From the IMG/VR virus record IMGVR_UViG_3300017971_000212: a stretch of DNA of 64,000 bases; one strand, 5' to 3'. The position numbers and the translations under genes are program-made. The notes beneath the pieces were generated by a model that was given only the letters and a program-made list of their open reading frames with translations, ran no database searches and was not told where the DNA came from. Positions 1-9,382 of this stretch are shown here, one piece after another. Source of the DNA: an uncultured virus (IMG/VR IMGVR_UViG_3300017971_000212) (taxonomy: Duplodnaviria > Heunggongvirae > Uroviricota > Caudoviricetes). Position 1 is the first letter of the stretch, and the number at the start of each line of letters is the position of its first letter.

Positions 1-1
1 A

Positions 2-562
2 TCAGCTCTCGGGATCTTCGTCCGGCGCGGAAATCGGAATGTCCTCCGCCAGAGGTTCACTAGGGCCTTCCGGCACCTGGCGCTGGAGTCGTTTGCCGGG
101 ACGGATCCTCGCCTGGATCCGCTCGGCAGCGTGCGTCCAGAGCCCTGAGGGACAGCGGACTCGCTTGCGCCGGCGTCGGACGATCCTGAAGACGCCGAAG
201 GGCGTCCTGACCTGGCCGCCCTCCTCGCACTCCATCACCGCGTCCGGAAACACGTGTAGGACCCTCTTCACCGCCGCGCCGTCTACCCCTTCGTCGTAGA
301 TCTCCCACTCGACGCCCCTCCCCCGCACCTCGAACACGTGGTCGATCTCGATCTCCCCCGCGTGCGTGAGGGCGACCACCCGGTAAGTGCCGGGCGCCGA
401 GGCTCCGAGGAGCCTCAGATAGAAGCCTGACCTCACGTTCCCGGCGAGGTCACAACCCGTGCGGAAGACGGAACCGCCCTGCTCGAACTCGCCCTGAGTC
501 CCCGACTGCACGAGGGTCCGAGACAGCTCGGAGACCCGAGAGACGAGCGTTTCGTACAGCAT
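2..562 (-). CDS. hypothetical protein
   Basis: Complete 186-aa ORF preceded on the - strand by the recurrent late-type motif GGTAATGCCTCTAT (587-600). Confidence 0.6.
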   Translation of the reverse strand: MLYETLVSRVSELSRTLVQSGTQGEFEQGGSVFRTGCDLAGNVRSGFYLRLLGASAPGTYRVVALTHAGEIEIDHVFEVRGRGVEWEIYDEGVDGAAVKRVLHVFPDAVMECEEGGQVRTPFGVFRIVRRRRKRVRCPSGLWTHAAERIQARIRPGKRLQRQVPEGPSEPLAEDIPISAPDEDPES

Positions 563-586
563 TGACCACTTGAGAACGCGCGACCC

Positions 587-619
587 ATAGAGGCATTACC
601 GGCCCGATAGTCCCTCTAT
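587..619. promoter_or_regulatory. back-to-back pair of putative phage late promoters
   Basis: GGTAATGCCTCTAT on - (587-600) and GATAGTCCCTCTAT on + (606-619) lie between divergent genes; the same motif recurs six more times. Confidence 0.6.
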
Positions 620-651
620 GTCCTTCCTTCCGTAGAACACGCGGTCTCGCC

Positions 652-993
652 ATGCAAGTTACCGACGTCACGGGCGCCCTCCTTCGGCTGTGTCGAGAGG
701 ATCAGGAGTTTCAGCGGAGGCTGGCCGCGGAGCTCGGAAGGACGAAGCTCGCGGCCGTCGACCGGGAGTACATGGTCTGGCAGTCGCTCCAGAAGATCAT
801 GGATCTGACACCCAAGGTGCTCGACATGGCCCGGGCGGACCTCGACGGGTTGGAGGACTGGCAGGAATACAAGCTCAACCTCGCCGCCGAGTACCTCGAC
901 GCCGTGCACGACTCGCTGAAGTACAGGCCCGAGGAGATCGAGGTCGAGGGCACGCGCATCGTGACCAACGACACGGCTCCCGCAGGGGGATGA
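652..993 (+). CDS. hypothetical protein, probably virion-associated
   Basis: 113-aa ORF; N-terminal LLRLCREDQEFQRRL resembles the helical tag of neighbouring genes and is followed by KLAA. Confidence 0.65.
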   Translation: MQVTDVTGALLRLCREDQEFQRRLAAELGRTKLAAVDREYMVWQSLQKIMDLTPKVLDMARADLDGLEDWQEYKLNLAAEYLDAVHDSLKYRPEEIEVEGTRIVTNDTAPAGG

Positions 994-994
994 C

Positions 995-2011
995 GTGAGC
1001 GAACGCTTGGCAGAGGCGTTCAAGGAGTTCGCGCTCGGGCGCAGGTTTCGGCATCCTCGGACCGGCAACCAGGTGCTCTTCGCCTCCCTCCCCCCGGAGG
1101 AGCAGCGGCGCCTTTTCCAGCAGTGGATGAGAGGCCGCGAGCAGCTCGAGGGGATCCGCCGGTCGCCGCGGGCTCTGCAGAAGATGAAGGAGCAGCAGGA
1201 GCAGATGCGCCTGGCTCGGGCCGACGTGGAGCCCGTCCGGCAGCGGAGCCAGTACTCGTGCATGAGCGCGAGCATGGCGATGTGCCTGCGCGCTCTCGGC
1301 GTCGACTGCCTCGAGGACGAGGTGAACCGGGTCATGGGATCGCGTCCGATGAAGGGCGCCTCCTGGGAGAACGCCCTCGCGTGTGGTCAACACTACGGCA
1401 TGCGCTGCACGCTCGTCTGTCCGGCTACCACGCCGCAGCTCAGGGAGTGGACGGACCGGGGCGTCCCCGTGATGATCGCGTGGAATCCCGAGAACAGGCC
1501 GTGGTCCCACGCCTCGGTGGTGTTCGACGTGGACGAGGACCTGAACGTCCACGTGGCCGACCCGAACATCCCGGACCCCGACGAGACCGTGCGCGTGGTT
1601 CCGAAGTCGGAGTTCTACCGCAAGTGGTACGAGAAGTGGCCAGACTACCTGGTGAGGAGACCGGCCATGGCGGTGGAGCGCGAGGTCACGACCGACGGGC
1701 GTCAGGTCGTGGCCTTCGACGGCCGCAGGGTCGCGGCGCGCCACGGAACGCAGGCTAGGGAGGCCCTGGAGGACTACGTCCAGGCCGTGACGAACCTCGA
1801 GACGAGCACGGACCTCGTTATGCTCGCGACGAACAGGCTGCGGTTCCTCGGCCTTGAACCGCACGAGGACGAATACCCCTTCGCGGAGCCCATAGATCAC
1901 GTGGCGTCCGACATCTTCCGGTGGCGCGGCGAGGTGGACGCCAAGTACGCCCCGGACGGCACCGTAAAGATCGCCCGCCGCGTGGCCCACAGATACCTGG
2001 AGAGGAAGTGA
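995..2011 (+). CDS. HPxTGN module fused to a C39-like (papain-fold) peptidase
   Basis: RQRSQYSCMSASMAM (Gln/Cys), WSHASVV (His) and VHVADPN (Asp) occur in C39 order; N-terminal RFRHPRTGNQVLFASLP; C-terminal RRVAHRYL. Confidence 0.75.
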   Translation: MSERLAEAFKEFALGRRFRHPRTGNQVLFASLPPEEQRRLFQQWMRGREQLEGIRRSPRALQKMKEQQEQMRLARADVEPVRQRSQYSCMSASMAMCLRALGVDCLEDEVNRVMGSRPMKGASWENALACGQHYGMRCTLVCPATTPQLREWTDRGVPVMIAWNPENRPWSHASVVFDVDEDLNVHVADPNIPDPDETVRVVPKSEFYRKWYEKWPDYLVRRPAMAVEREVTTDGRQVVAFDGRRVAARHGTQAREALEDYVQAVTNLETSTDLVMLATNRLRFLGLEPHEDEYPFAEPIDHVASDIFRWRGEVDAKYAPDGTVKIARRVAHRYLERK

Positions 2012-2012
2012 C

Positions 2013-2924
2013 ATGCCGGCTCAGTACGCACACCTCGATGGCCGCCGCTACGTGAACCAGGACTTCGTCGACGAGGTCCGTCAGGCGTACCCCGCCACGA
2101 CGAAGAAGATCCCGCTAGGCTTCATCACCTACGTCGGGTGGACCGGGAAGGACGAGGTGCTCTTCACCCAGCAGGAGCCCCTGCCGGACGTCGAGATGGA
2201 GGGCCCCGTGTTCCAGGTGAATTTCCAGCCCGACAATCCGCGCGCCTTCACGGACGGCATCCTCGCCAAGGTCAAGCACACGACGAAGTCGGCCAGCTCC
2301 GGGGCCCGCGTCCGCGCGCGGTCTCGGGAGGCGACGCTCGACCGGTGGGGTCCGACCCTCGGCCTCTCGAAGGAGGCCCGGGCCGCGGGAGGCCTGTACG
2401 GCTACACCCGCGCCGTGCAGGCCTCCTGCGAGGCCGCGGTTCGCAGGCTCAACCGTGCCGCCGCGAAACTCGCCAGCGGGGCCGCGGCTCGCGACCGTCG
2501 AGTCGTGGACTTCCTCCAGACCCACGCCGGCAGAGGCCAGAGCCTCCCCGCCCGAGTCCTGCTCGCCGCCTACAAGAACGCGCTTCCGAGGCTCGCCGCC
2601 GACGAGGGAGGCGTCGACAAGGAGGCCGCTCCATCTCGTCGCGGGATGTACGGCTACCCCGTGAAGACCGCCAAGCGCGGCCTGAGCCTCTGCGCGGCTC
2701 TCCGGGAGACCGCCGGCATCATCGGCGCCGAGATGCACGCGCGTCGGGCGGCACTTCACGGGTCGATCACCGGCTTCTTCGGGCAACACGGCGACATCGG
2801 CAAGTGCGCCGCGAGCAGCCTCATCCTGTCCTCGTACCCCGACGCGAGCGTTCGGCTGCGGCGCGCCTCGGAGGAGGCGCCCACGAGCGTCGGCGACTGG
2901 CTCGACTACGACCTCTCGCGCTAG
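2013..2924 (+). CDS. hypothetical protein with internal duplication
   Basis: Two similar segments, KEARAAGGLYGYTRAV and KEAAPSRRGMYGYPVKT. Confidence 0.65.
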   Translation: MPAQYAHLDGRRYVNQDFVDEVRQAYPATTKKIPLGFITYVGWTGKDEVLFTQQEPLPDVEMEGPVFQVNFQPDNPRAFTDGILAKVKHTTKSASSGARVRARSREATLDRWGPTLGLSKEARAAGGLYGYTRAVQASCEAAVRRLNRAAAKLASGAAARDRRVVDFLQTHAGRGQSLPARVLLAAYKNALPRLAADEGGVDKEAAPSRRGMYGYPVKTAKRGLSLCAALRETAGIIGAEMHARRAALHGSITGFFGQHGDIGKCAASSLILSSYPDASVRLRRASEEAPTSVGDWLDYDLSR

Positions 2925-4750
2925 GGAGCCAGGAACTCGTCCAGCTCGCCCTCGTCGCGGGCACGCAGCATCACGTCGCGGACGCGGTTCAGCGCGGCCG
3001 TGATCTTGTTGCGGTCGTGCTCGTAGGAGAGCCCATGCTCCTCCGCGATCTCGCGCAGGGTCATCTCGCGCACGAACTTGTCGTGGACGAGCTGGCGGTG
3101 CCACTCGGGATCCTGCTCCTCATCGATCTCGTCGAGCAGGATCTCCGAGACGCGCTCCAGGACGTGCTCGAAGGCGTCGGAGTTCAGGACTTCGTTCTCG
3201 AGGTCGATGCCGTCGGCGATGCTCTCGATCATGTCCGTGGCGGCGTCGTCATCCTCGCTGTGCTCGGTGCAGCGGTTCGCGCCCAGGTGCTCGTGCTGGT
3301 TGATCGTCCGCGGGACGTGCTCCGTGGTCCAGCGCGACGCGTCGTAGTCGCCGAGCTCGCGCTTCGTGAGGGCCCCGTGAAAGACGCGGCAGACGGGTTC
3401 GCGTCCCTCGTTTCGGATGTCCGTGTAGGCTCCCCTCCGTGCCCAGGCACAGACCCGCGACGGGGCGAGGTTCTGACCCAGTCCGACGTGCTTGCGGAGG
3501 CCGTCCCGGTGGATTACTCGGGTAATCCAGTTCATCGCATGGTCATCGATCTTGTCGAACATCTCCGAGCGACGCATGGTCCGGCGCAGGTGCAGGGTGA
3601 TGCGTCCGTAGAGTTCATCGAAGTTCTCGGCCAGGTACTCCGCGCTGACGTTCGCGCAGGGGGTAAAGGCGAGCTGCCCCGCGACGATCTTCAGGCCCTT
3701 GGCTCTCCTGACGCCCTGTTCCGTCAGCGCCCACTCCCCGCGGGCGCCGCTCGTGGGTTTGGCGCACATCGCCACGCGAGAGCGACAGTACTCGCGACGC
3801 TGGTTTCTCCACGCGAAGTGGACGCGCCGGTAGAGCCCGTCGCGGACCTCGGAGGAGGTATCCTTCAAACGTCCCATGAACTTCGTCAGGTCGACGCCTA
3901 GCATCTGCAGGGCCTCGTCGAGGATCTTCTGTTGCGGCACCGGGACGTACGCCCTGAACTTCGAGTGCTTCCCCAGAAGGTACACGACTGGATCGAAGAG
4001 CTGTCTCGCCGTGATCTTGGTTTTGTAGATCGCGTAGAGGTCGTCGTACACGTCGCAGAGCTCTGATGCCCTCTCCACCCCGGCCTCGGTGAGGCCCCAC
4101 TGCCCCGGGCCCGCGCCCGGTGGCCTCACGCACAGGCCCTCTCCGTTCGGACCGCCGCTCGTCCTCTGTTCCATCCACGCGGACTGGACGCGCCGACGCA
4201 TGAACGCGCGAACGCCCGGAGGCCACTCGGAGAGCCGGGTCACGTCGACGCCCGCGAGGCGCAGCGCGTCCTCGAAGATCTCGTCTTGGGCCACGGCGAC
4301 TCCGACCTGGAAGCCCGCGCGGCGACCGAGGAGGTACACGACCGGATCGAACAGCTGCCTCGCCGTGATCTTGCTGTGGCACAGGTCGTAGGCCCCGTCG
4401 TGCGTCCTCCGCAGCGCCCGAGCCTGCTCGACGCCCGCCTCGGTGAGGGTCCAACCCTCGCCTTTTTCTTTCCCGACGACCCCACACAGGGGCCCTTGAG
4501 GGCCCGGGTTCCGACACATCTCGCGCCATGCCTCTCGAGCCAGCGATCGCCCCTGTTCGGCGGAGCCGCGCCTGCGTCTTTGACAGGCCGCGAGGGCGTC
4601 GGGCCCCACCAGACGCAGGGCGTCGTTCACGACGCGCTCGGGCGAGACAGGAACGTTGGCACGGTAGCCGGAGAGCCTGCCGACGAGATAGAGAACGACG
4701 TCGTGGAAGAGGGAGGCGGTGGGTCGGGGACCCGAGGCGGCTTTTCGCAT
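2921..4750 (-). CDS. sigma70-family-like factor with three N-terminal Mrr_N-like winged-helix repeats
   Basis: Three repeats TA(R/S)xLF..VV(Y/L)..G ... W(T/G/A)LTE(A/Q)GV(E/R)xA; sigma2-like VCAWARRGAYTDIRN; sigma4 HTH MTLREIAEEHGLSYEHDRNKITAALNRVR. Confidence 0.65.
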   Translation of the reverse strand: MRKAASGPRPTASLFHDVVLYLVGRLSGYRANVPVSPERVVNDALRLVGPDALAACQRRRRGSAEQGRSLAREAWREMCRNPGPQGPLCGVVGKEKGEGWTLTEAGVEQARALRRTHDGAYDLCHSKITARQLFDPVVYLLGRRAGFQVGVAVAQDEIFEDALRLAGVDVTRLSEWPPGVRAFMRRRVQSAWMEQRTSGGPNGEGLCVRPPGAGPGQWGLTEAGVERASELCDVYDDLYAIYKTKITARQLFDPVVYLLGKHSKFRAYVPVPQQKILDEALQMLGVDLTKFMGRLKDTSSEVRDGLYRRVHFAWRNQRREYCRSRVAMCAKPTSGARGEWALTEQGVRRAKGLKIVAGQLAFTPCANVSAEYLAENFDELYGRITLHLRRTMRRSEMFDKIDDHAMNWITRVIHRDGLRKHVGLGQNLAPSRVCAWARRGAYTDIRNEGREPVCRVFHGALTKRELGDYDASRWTTEHVPRTINQHEHLGANRCTEHSEDDDAATDMIESIADGIDLENEVLNSDAFEHVLERVSEILLDEIDEEQDPEWHRQLVHDKFVREMTLREIAEEHGLSYEHDRNKITAALNRVRDVMLRARDEGELDEFLAP

Positions 4751-4859
4751 GTGTTCCTCGCTTGGGTGCTCGGCACCTCAGCTAAGCGTTTCAGGCGACG
4801 TGCTCAGGGTCCGGGACGAGCCTTGAACGACCGGTCAAGTGGACGAGAGCACGGAGAGA

Positions 4860-4888
4860 AAAGTAGGAGGTTGCGTGCGGCGTGTCAA
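4860..4888 (-). promoter_or_regulatory. host sigma70-type promoter
   Basis: TTGACA (4888-4883), 17-nt spacer, TACTTT (4865-4860), about 110 nt upstream of the 4750 start. Confidence 0.7.
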
Positions 4889-5030
4889 GAATTTCCCGAA
4901 CGGGGCGCCCGTCTGCGATTTTCTCCGTGAAGTCGGGCGCTTCAGATCCCATAGCTAAACTATTGCTGTCTCGATGCCCTCTGGGGATCTCCTGTGGAAA
5001 ACCGAGGGCGAGATCTCGCCTTCGCATTCC

Positions 5031-5044
5031 ATTTTCCCTTCTAT
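5031..5044 (+). promoter_or_regulatory. putative late promoter
   Basis: ATTTTCCCTTCTAT, a variant of the recurrent motif, upstream of the 5091 start. Confidence 0.45.
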
Positions 5045-5090
5045 CGACCGGCCAAGGTGAGGCCCTGAACGCGCCCCGAGAGCCACCCAC

Positions 5091-6308
5091 ATGCCGCAGC
5101 CGAGCCACGAAGCCCTGACGCACGAGGTGGCGCTTCGCTACCTCCGTGCCGCTGTCCGTCGCAAGGTCGGCGCCTTCACGATGGACATGCTCGCTCGGCT
5201 ATCCGTCCTCGAGGGCGCGGCGGGCAAGGCCCCCGGCACGTGGCTCCGGCTGAAGGAGCGGGGCTTCGGACACGCTCTCGACCACTTCGGCCCGAAGCTC
5301 GCGGCTTCCTGGACGGCGGCGACCGACCAGGGCGTCTACGACAGGGCGCTCGCCGTGGCGTCCCGGACTCTGCGCAACGTGTCGGGCATGGACGCCGACG
5401 AGCTCGTGCAGGAGATGACCACGCACTCGGGCACGTCCGCCGGACCCGACCGCAAGCGGCTGTTCCACTCCGTCGGCAAGGCCCTGCGTCGGTACGAGAA
5501 CGACCTCGGCCAGGGCGCCATCACCCCCGACCACTCCCGGGTCAAGGGGACCATCGACAGGTGGGTGACCAACGCCGCCAGGGACGTCATCGGATCATGG
5601 CGGGAGCGCCACATCAGGACCTTCGGCCCGAGCACGCCCGGAGGCTACGATCCGACCCGGACCGTGGGGCGCGGAGGCCTGGACGCCGAGAAGCGCCAAA
5701 ACCTCCTCCTGCTGGCTCTCCAGAGCCCCGGAGGCCCCGGAACGAAACTCAGGTTGGTCATCGACCACCTGATCCGCAGGAACTTCCCCAAGTCCGAGGT
5801 CCCCATCGTGCGGATGTTCCTGAACAAGATCGCGGAGCCCAAGTACAGGTCTGCCGACCAGATGAGGCAAATGGTCCAGAGGTTCGACCCCAACGCCTGG
5901 TTCACCCAGGCCTACAGCCGGGTCCGTCGGGAGATGATGGACGAGTTGGGCGTGAGTGCGCAGAGGCTCACCAACGTGCTCGGCGGCAACGCCCGGAACG
6001 TGTTCCACTTCATGGCGACGAAGGTCGGAACGCATCCGACGGTCAGGCGTCTCATCAACAACCTCGCCGAAGAGATCGAGCTCCTCGAGCCGGCCGCGTC
6101 GCGCATCGCGGTCGAGCGCGAGGAGGACGACGACAGCCGCGAGGCCGAGGTCAGTTCGGACCCGACCCTGGCGAGCGTCCGCGCCGTGCTCGAGCAATGG
6201 TTCGAGAAGGACGAGTACGACGGGTGGGACCGTCAGGTCGGACCCCACCCCCAGCACGGGCGCGGTCCCGTCCCCCTCCGGGTGGCCCGCGCGTGGATGG
6301 TGTCGTAG
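5091..6308 (+). CDS. hypothetical protein, possibly a divergent ECF-like sigma factor with virion tags
   Basis: ASRTLRNVSGMDADELVQEM and IDRWVTNAARDVI resemble ECF sigma2; RREMMDELGVSAQRLTNVL is HTH-like; terminal tags EVALRYL and LRVARAWM. The ORF is solid, the function tentative. Confidence 0.45.
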   Translation: MPQPSHEALTHEVALRYLRAAVRRKVGAFTMDMLARLSVLEGAAGKAPGTWLRLKERGFGHALDHFGPKLAASWTAATDQGVYDRALAVASRTLRNVSGMDADELVQEMTTHSGTSAGPDRKRLFHSVGKALRRYENDLGQGAITPDHSRVKGTIDRWVTNAARDVIGSWRERHIRTFGPSTPGGYDPTRTVGRGGLDAEKRQNLLLLALQSPGGPGTKLRLVIDHLIRRNFPKSEVPIVRMFLNKIAEPKYRSADQMRQMVQRFDPNAWFTQAYSRVRREMMDELGVSAQRLTNVLGGNARNVFHFMATKVGTHPTVRRLINNLAEEIELLEPAASRIAVEREEDDDSREAEVSSDPTLASVRAVLEQWFEKDEYDGWDRQVGPHPQHGRGPVPLRVARAWMVS

Positions 6309-6311
6309 GCC

Positions 6312-9300
6312 ATGGCGAGTCCTCTCGACCTCCGTCGCCTGGCGACCCGCATCGAGGAGCTGCAGCGCGTGCGCACCCACGGCTGGCATCCGGCGGACGA
6401 GATGCGCTTCAAGAGCCGGCTTCCCGCCGGACGCGACAGGCTCAGGCTCCCCGATCCGGTCGAGCTGCGAGCCCGAGCCGATGAGATCGCCCGCGGGGAC
6501 CGCTCGCGGATGGCGGAGATCGCGAGGAGCTGGCGTGCGTGGATGCAGACGGCGCTCGACATGGAGGGCCTCGTCCACGACAACGATCCCCGCAACCCCG
6601 GGCGCCTGGTCCGCGATCTCCAGCGCGGGAAGTTTCCTCGTCGGTTCGCGCGGCTCCTGGTCAGCCAGGCCCTCTCGAGGACGGCTCGGTTCGTGAGCCG
6701 AGAGTTCCTCCACTGGGTCGACCGGCAAAGGTTCCGGCATCCGCAGACGGGCAACCGCGTGAAGTACAAGTCGCTGCCCGCCCGGGAGCAGAGGCGCATC
6801 CACGAGCAGTGGTCTCGACGGCAGTCCCCGGGAGCCGCCTCCTTCCCGGCCGAAAACGTACAGGAGCCCAAGCCGGGGAAACGACGAGAGGAACCCTGGA
6901 AGTGGGGGGACATCGACGAGACGGCTCACGTGGACCGCGGCTCGATCACGTACAAGCAGTCCGAGGTCTCCGGGAGGGTTAGGGTCGAGGGGAAGAGCCG
7001 GGTGCGGGGACGCGTGGCCGACGAGGCCGTAGTGCGCAACGCGTCATCGGCGACGGAGCCTCCGTGTCGGGCAGCGCGACCGTCGAGGACGCCGTCGTGA
7101 ACGGGCCAGCTCGCGTTGAGGGAAGGGCTCGCGTGGGGCCTGGCGGCCGCGTTCAGGGAAGGGCCACGGTTGGAGGCGACACGGAGGTCAGGCGCGCGAC
7201 CCTTCGGGGCGGCAAGTGGAACGGCCAGAAACTCACCAAGGCCGGAGAGTGGCACGACTCCTACGACCAGGAGACCATCGACGCACTCGAGCGAGAGTTC
7301 GAGGAGCCCGGCAGCCAGGGGGCGGCGGCCGCGGGAGACCTGCCGATCCGGCTCATGAGTCACTACCTGGTCTCGGGAGGGAGCACGAAGGGACTGCTCG
7401 GGGGCGACGCCAGTCGCGAGAGAATGGCGAGGCGGCTGCGGAAGCACGCGATCCGCAACCGGGGCGAGCTCGGGTCCGGGGCGGCACGCGTCGCCGACCG
7501 TTTCGCGGAGATCTCCGACGAGGGGTGGGACGTGGTGATGAGACACGCCAGGCGCGGTGCCGAAGCGAAGAAGAGGAGGGCGTTCATGCTTTACCAGATC
7601 GTGAAACTCGCGCTTGAAGAGCCGGAGCATCGCCCGGTGGTGATGCCCCTGGTTCGGATGGCCCGGGAGAGACGCGTCGCGGCGAATGTTTCCGAGCTGC
7701 GGACCGCGGTGATCCGTGCGGCGTACGACGCGGCGAGCGCCGCGACGCGTGCCGCCCTAGTCCGTGCCGTGAAGGCGGCAGACCATCTCCTGGCGAGCGA
7801 GGCCGCAGATCTCGAGGGGGCCATCACGCTGACCCGCGAGGAGCGCGCCGGACTCGTCAGAATTGCCTTCACGACGCCGGACGCCGGACGCCGCAGGCAG
7901 ATCCTCGGCATTCTGAAGGAGGCCAGGTACAGCAAGGGGTTCCTCAAGTGGGTGCAGAACAAGGAGTTCAAGCATCCCGAGACGGGGAACATGGTCCAGT
8001 TCATCTCGCTGCCTTCCCAGGCCCAGAAGGAGGTCCACAAGCAGTGGAAGGCGGGCAAGAAGGAGTGGGCGCAGCAGCACAAGCCCGAGGGGCTCTCCAA
8101 GAAGACCGAGCTCACGCCCGAGAAGTTCGACGCGCTCAAGGAGGGCGACCTCCTCTGGATTTCCTGGCAGCCGTTCGTGTTCCACAAGGTCACGGGCAAG
8201 AGCAAGACCTCGACCGGAAAGGCGACGGTCAGGCTCTCCCGCGTGGACAAGGAGGACCCCTCTAAGGTGGTGGAGGACGAGGACTTCTGGCTCCACCGCT
8301 CGTCGGCTGGCAGCAAGACCCACGATATCCACGTGGTACCCCCCGACCTCGCGAAGCCGAAGGCGGAGGAGCCGAAGGAGGAGGCGGAGGAGCCGAAGGC
8401 ACCTCCAGCGGGGCCCGAGATTCCCACGCCGGAAACCGAGGCGCCGGAGGAACCACAGAAGCCCGAGCCGCAGGCCGAGAAGCCGGAACCTGAGGAGCCG
8501 AAGGAACCCGACATCGACAGCCCGTCCTCGATCAAGCCGGGGATGTTCCTACAGAACGCCTGGGGCACCGTCGGCAAGGTGACGAGCATGCTGCCCGACG
8601 GCGGCTTCCGCTTCCGTACGTGGGACTCTAAGGCGGGCAAATACAGCGGTACCAAGAAGATAACGCAGCAGGCAGCGCAGGAGTGGTTCGACAAGGGCAA
8701 CAAGTTCACGTCCGTCGAGGATCCCGCGCCCGCGAAGCCAAAGAAGAAAAAGAAGAAGAAGGAGGAGGAGGAGAAGCCCGCGTTCAAACCCACCGGTAAG
8801 CACAAGGACCGCGAGGAGCTCCGCGGCAAGGCGCAGAAGGAGTCGACGCCCGAGACCAAGATCGAGGCACCCAAGTGGCTACACGACCAGATCATAGCGG
8901 TGGGGGCGCCTCCCACCATGGCGCCCGAGATGAAGAAGGAGACGGTGGAGAAGTTCGAGAACATCACCGTCGGTGCCGGGCACAAAATGCTCGGCAACAT
9001 CGAGCAGGCCCTGGCCAGCCCCGGTGGTGAATACCTGGAGGCCCTAGAGACTCTCGGGTACAGCCCCGCGGGCCTCAAGACGCTGCAGAGGAAGCTGCGG
9101 AAGGCCCTGAGACCCTACGCGGGACGCAGGTACAACCAGGCCGTGCTCGGGGTCGCCAACGAGTGGGACCTCGAGGGCGAGGACGCCGACGAGCTGTACG
9201 ACTTCAAGGCCGACAAGCCCGCGTGGGGCAAGAAGCTCACCGACGCCCAGCTCATGCAGAAGTTCCTCTCCAAGGCCAGCCCCGAGACTAGGGAACGGAT

Positions 9301-9382
9301 GCAGGGCATGTCGGTGGCCGACTTCATGATCATGTACAAGTCGATCATGGCCGAGGACGAGGAGGAAGAGGAGGCGACATAG
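6312..9382 (+). CDS. large modular protein with a 1-nt frameshift near 7043 (joins ORFs 6312-7100 and 7064-9382)
   Basis: Hexapeptide-like repeats (VSGRVRV..VADEAVVRNA) continue as VIGDGASVSGSATVEDAVV in the shifted frame from 7043. Two HPxTGN modules and three helical tags; the C-terminal part is paralogous to the next gene. Possible internal start AGGAGG(7574)-ATG(7586). Confidence 0.7.
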
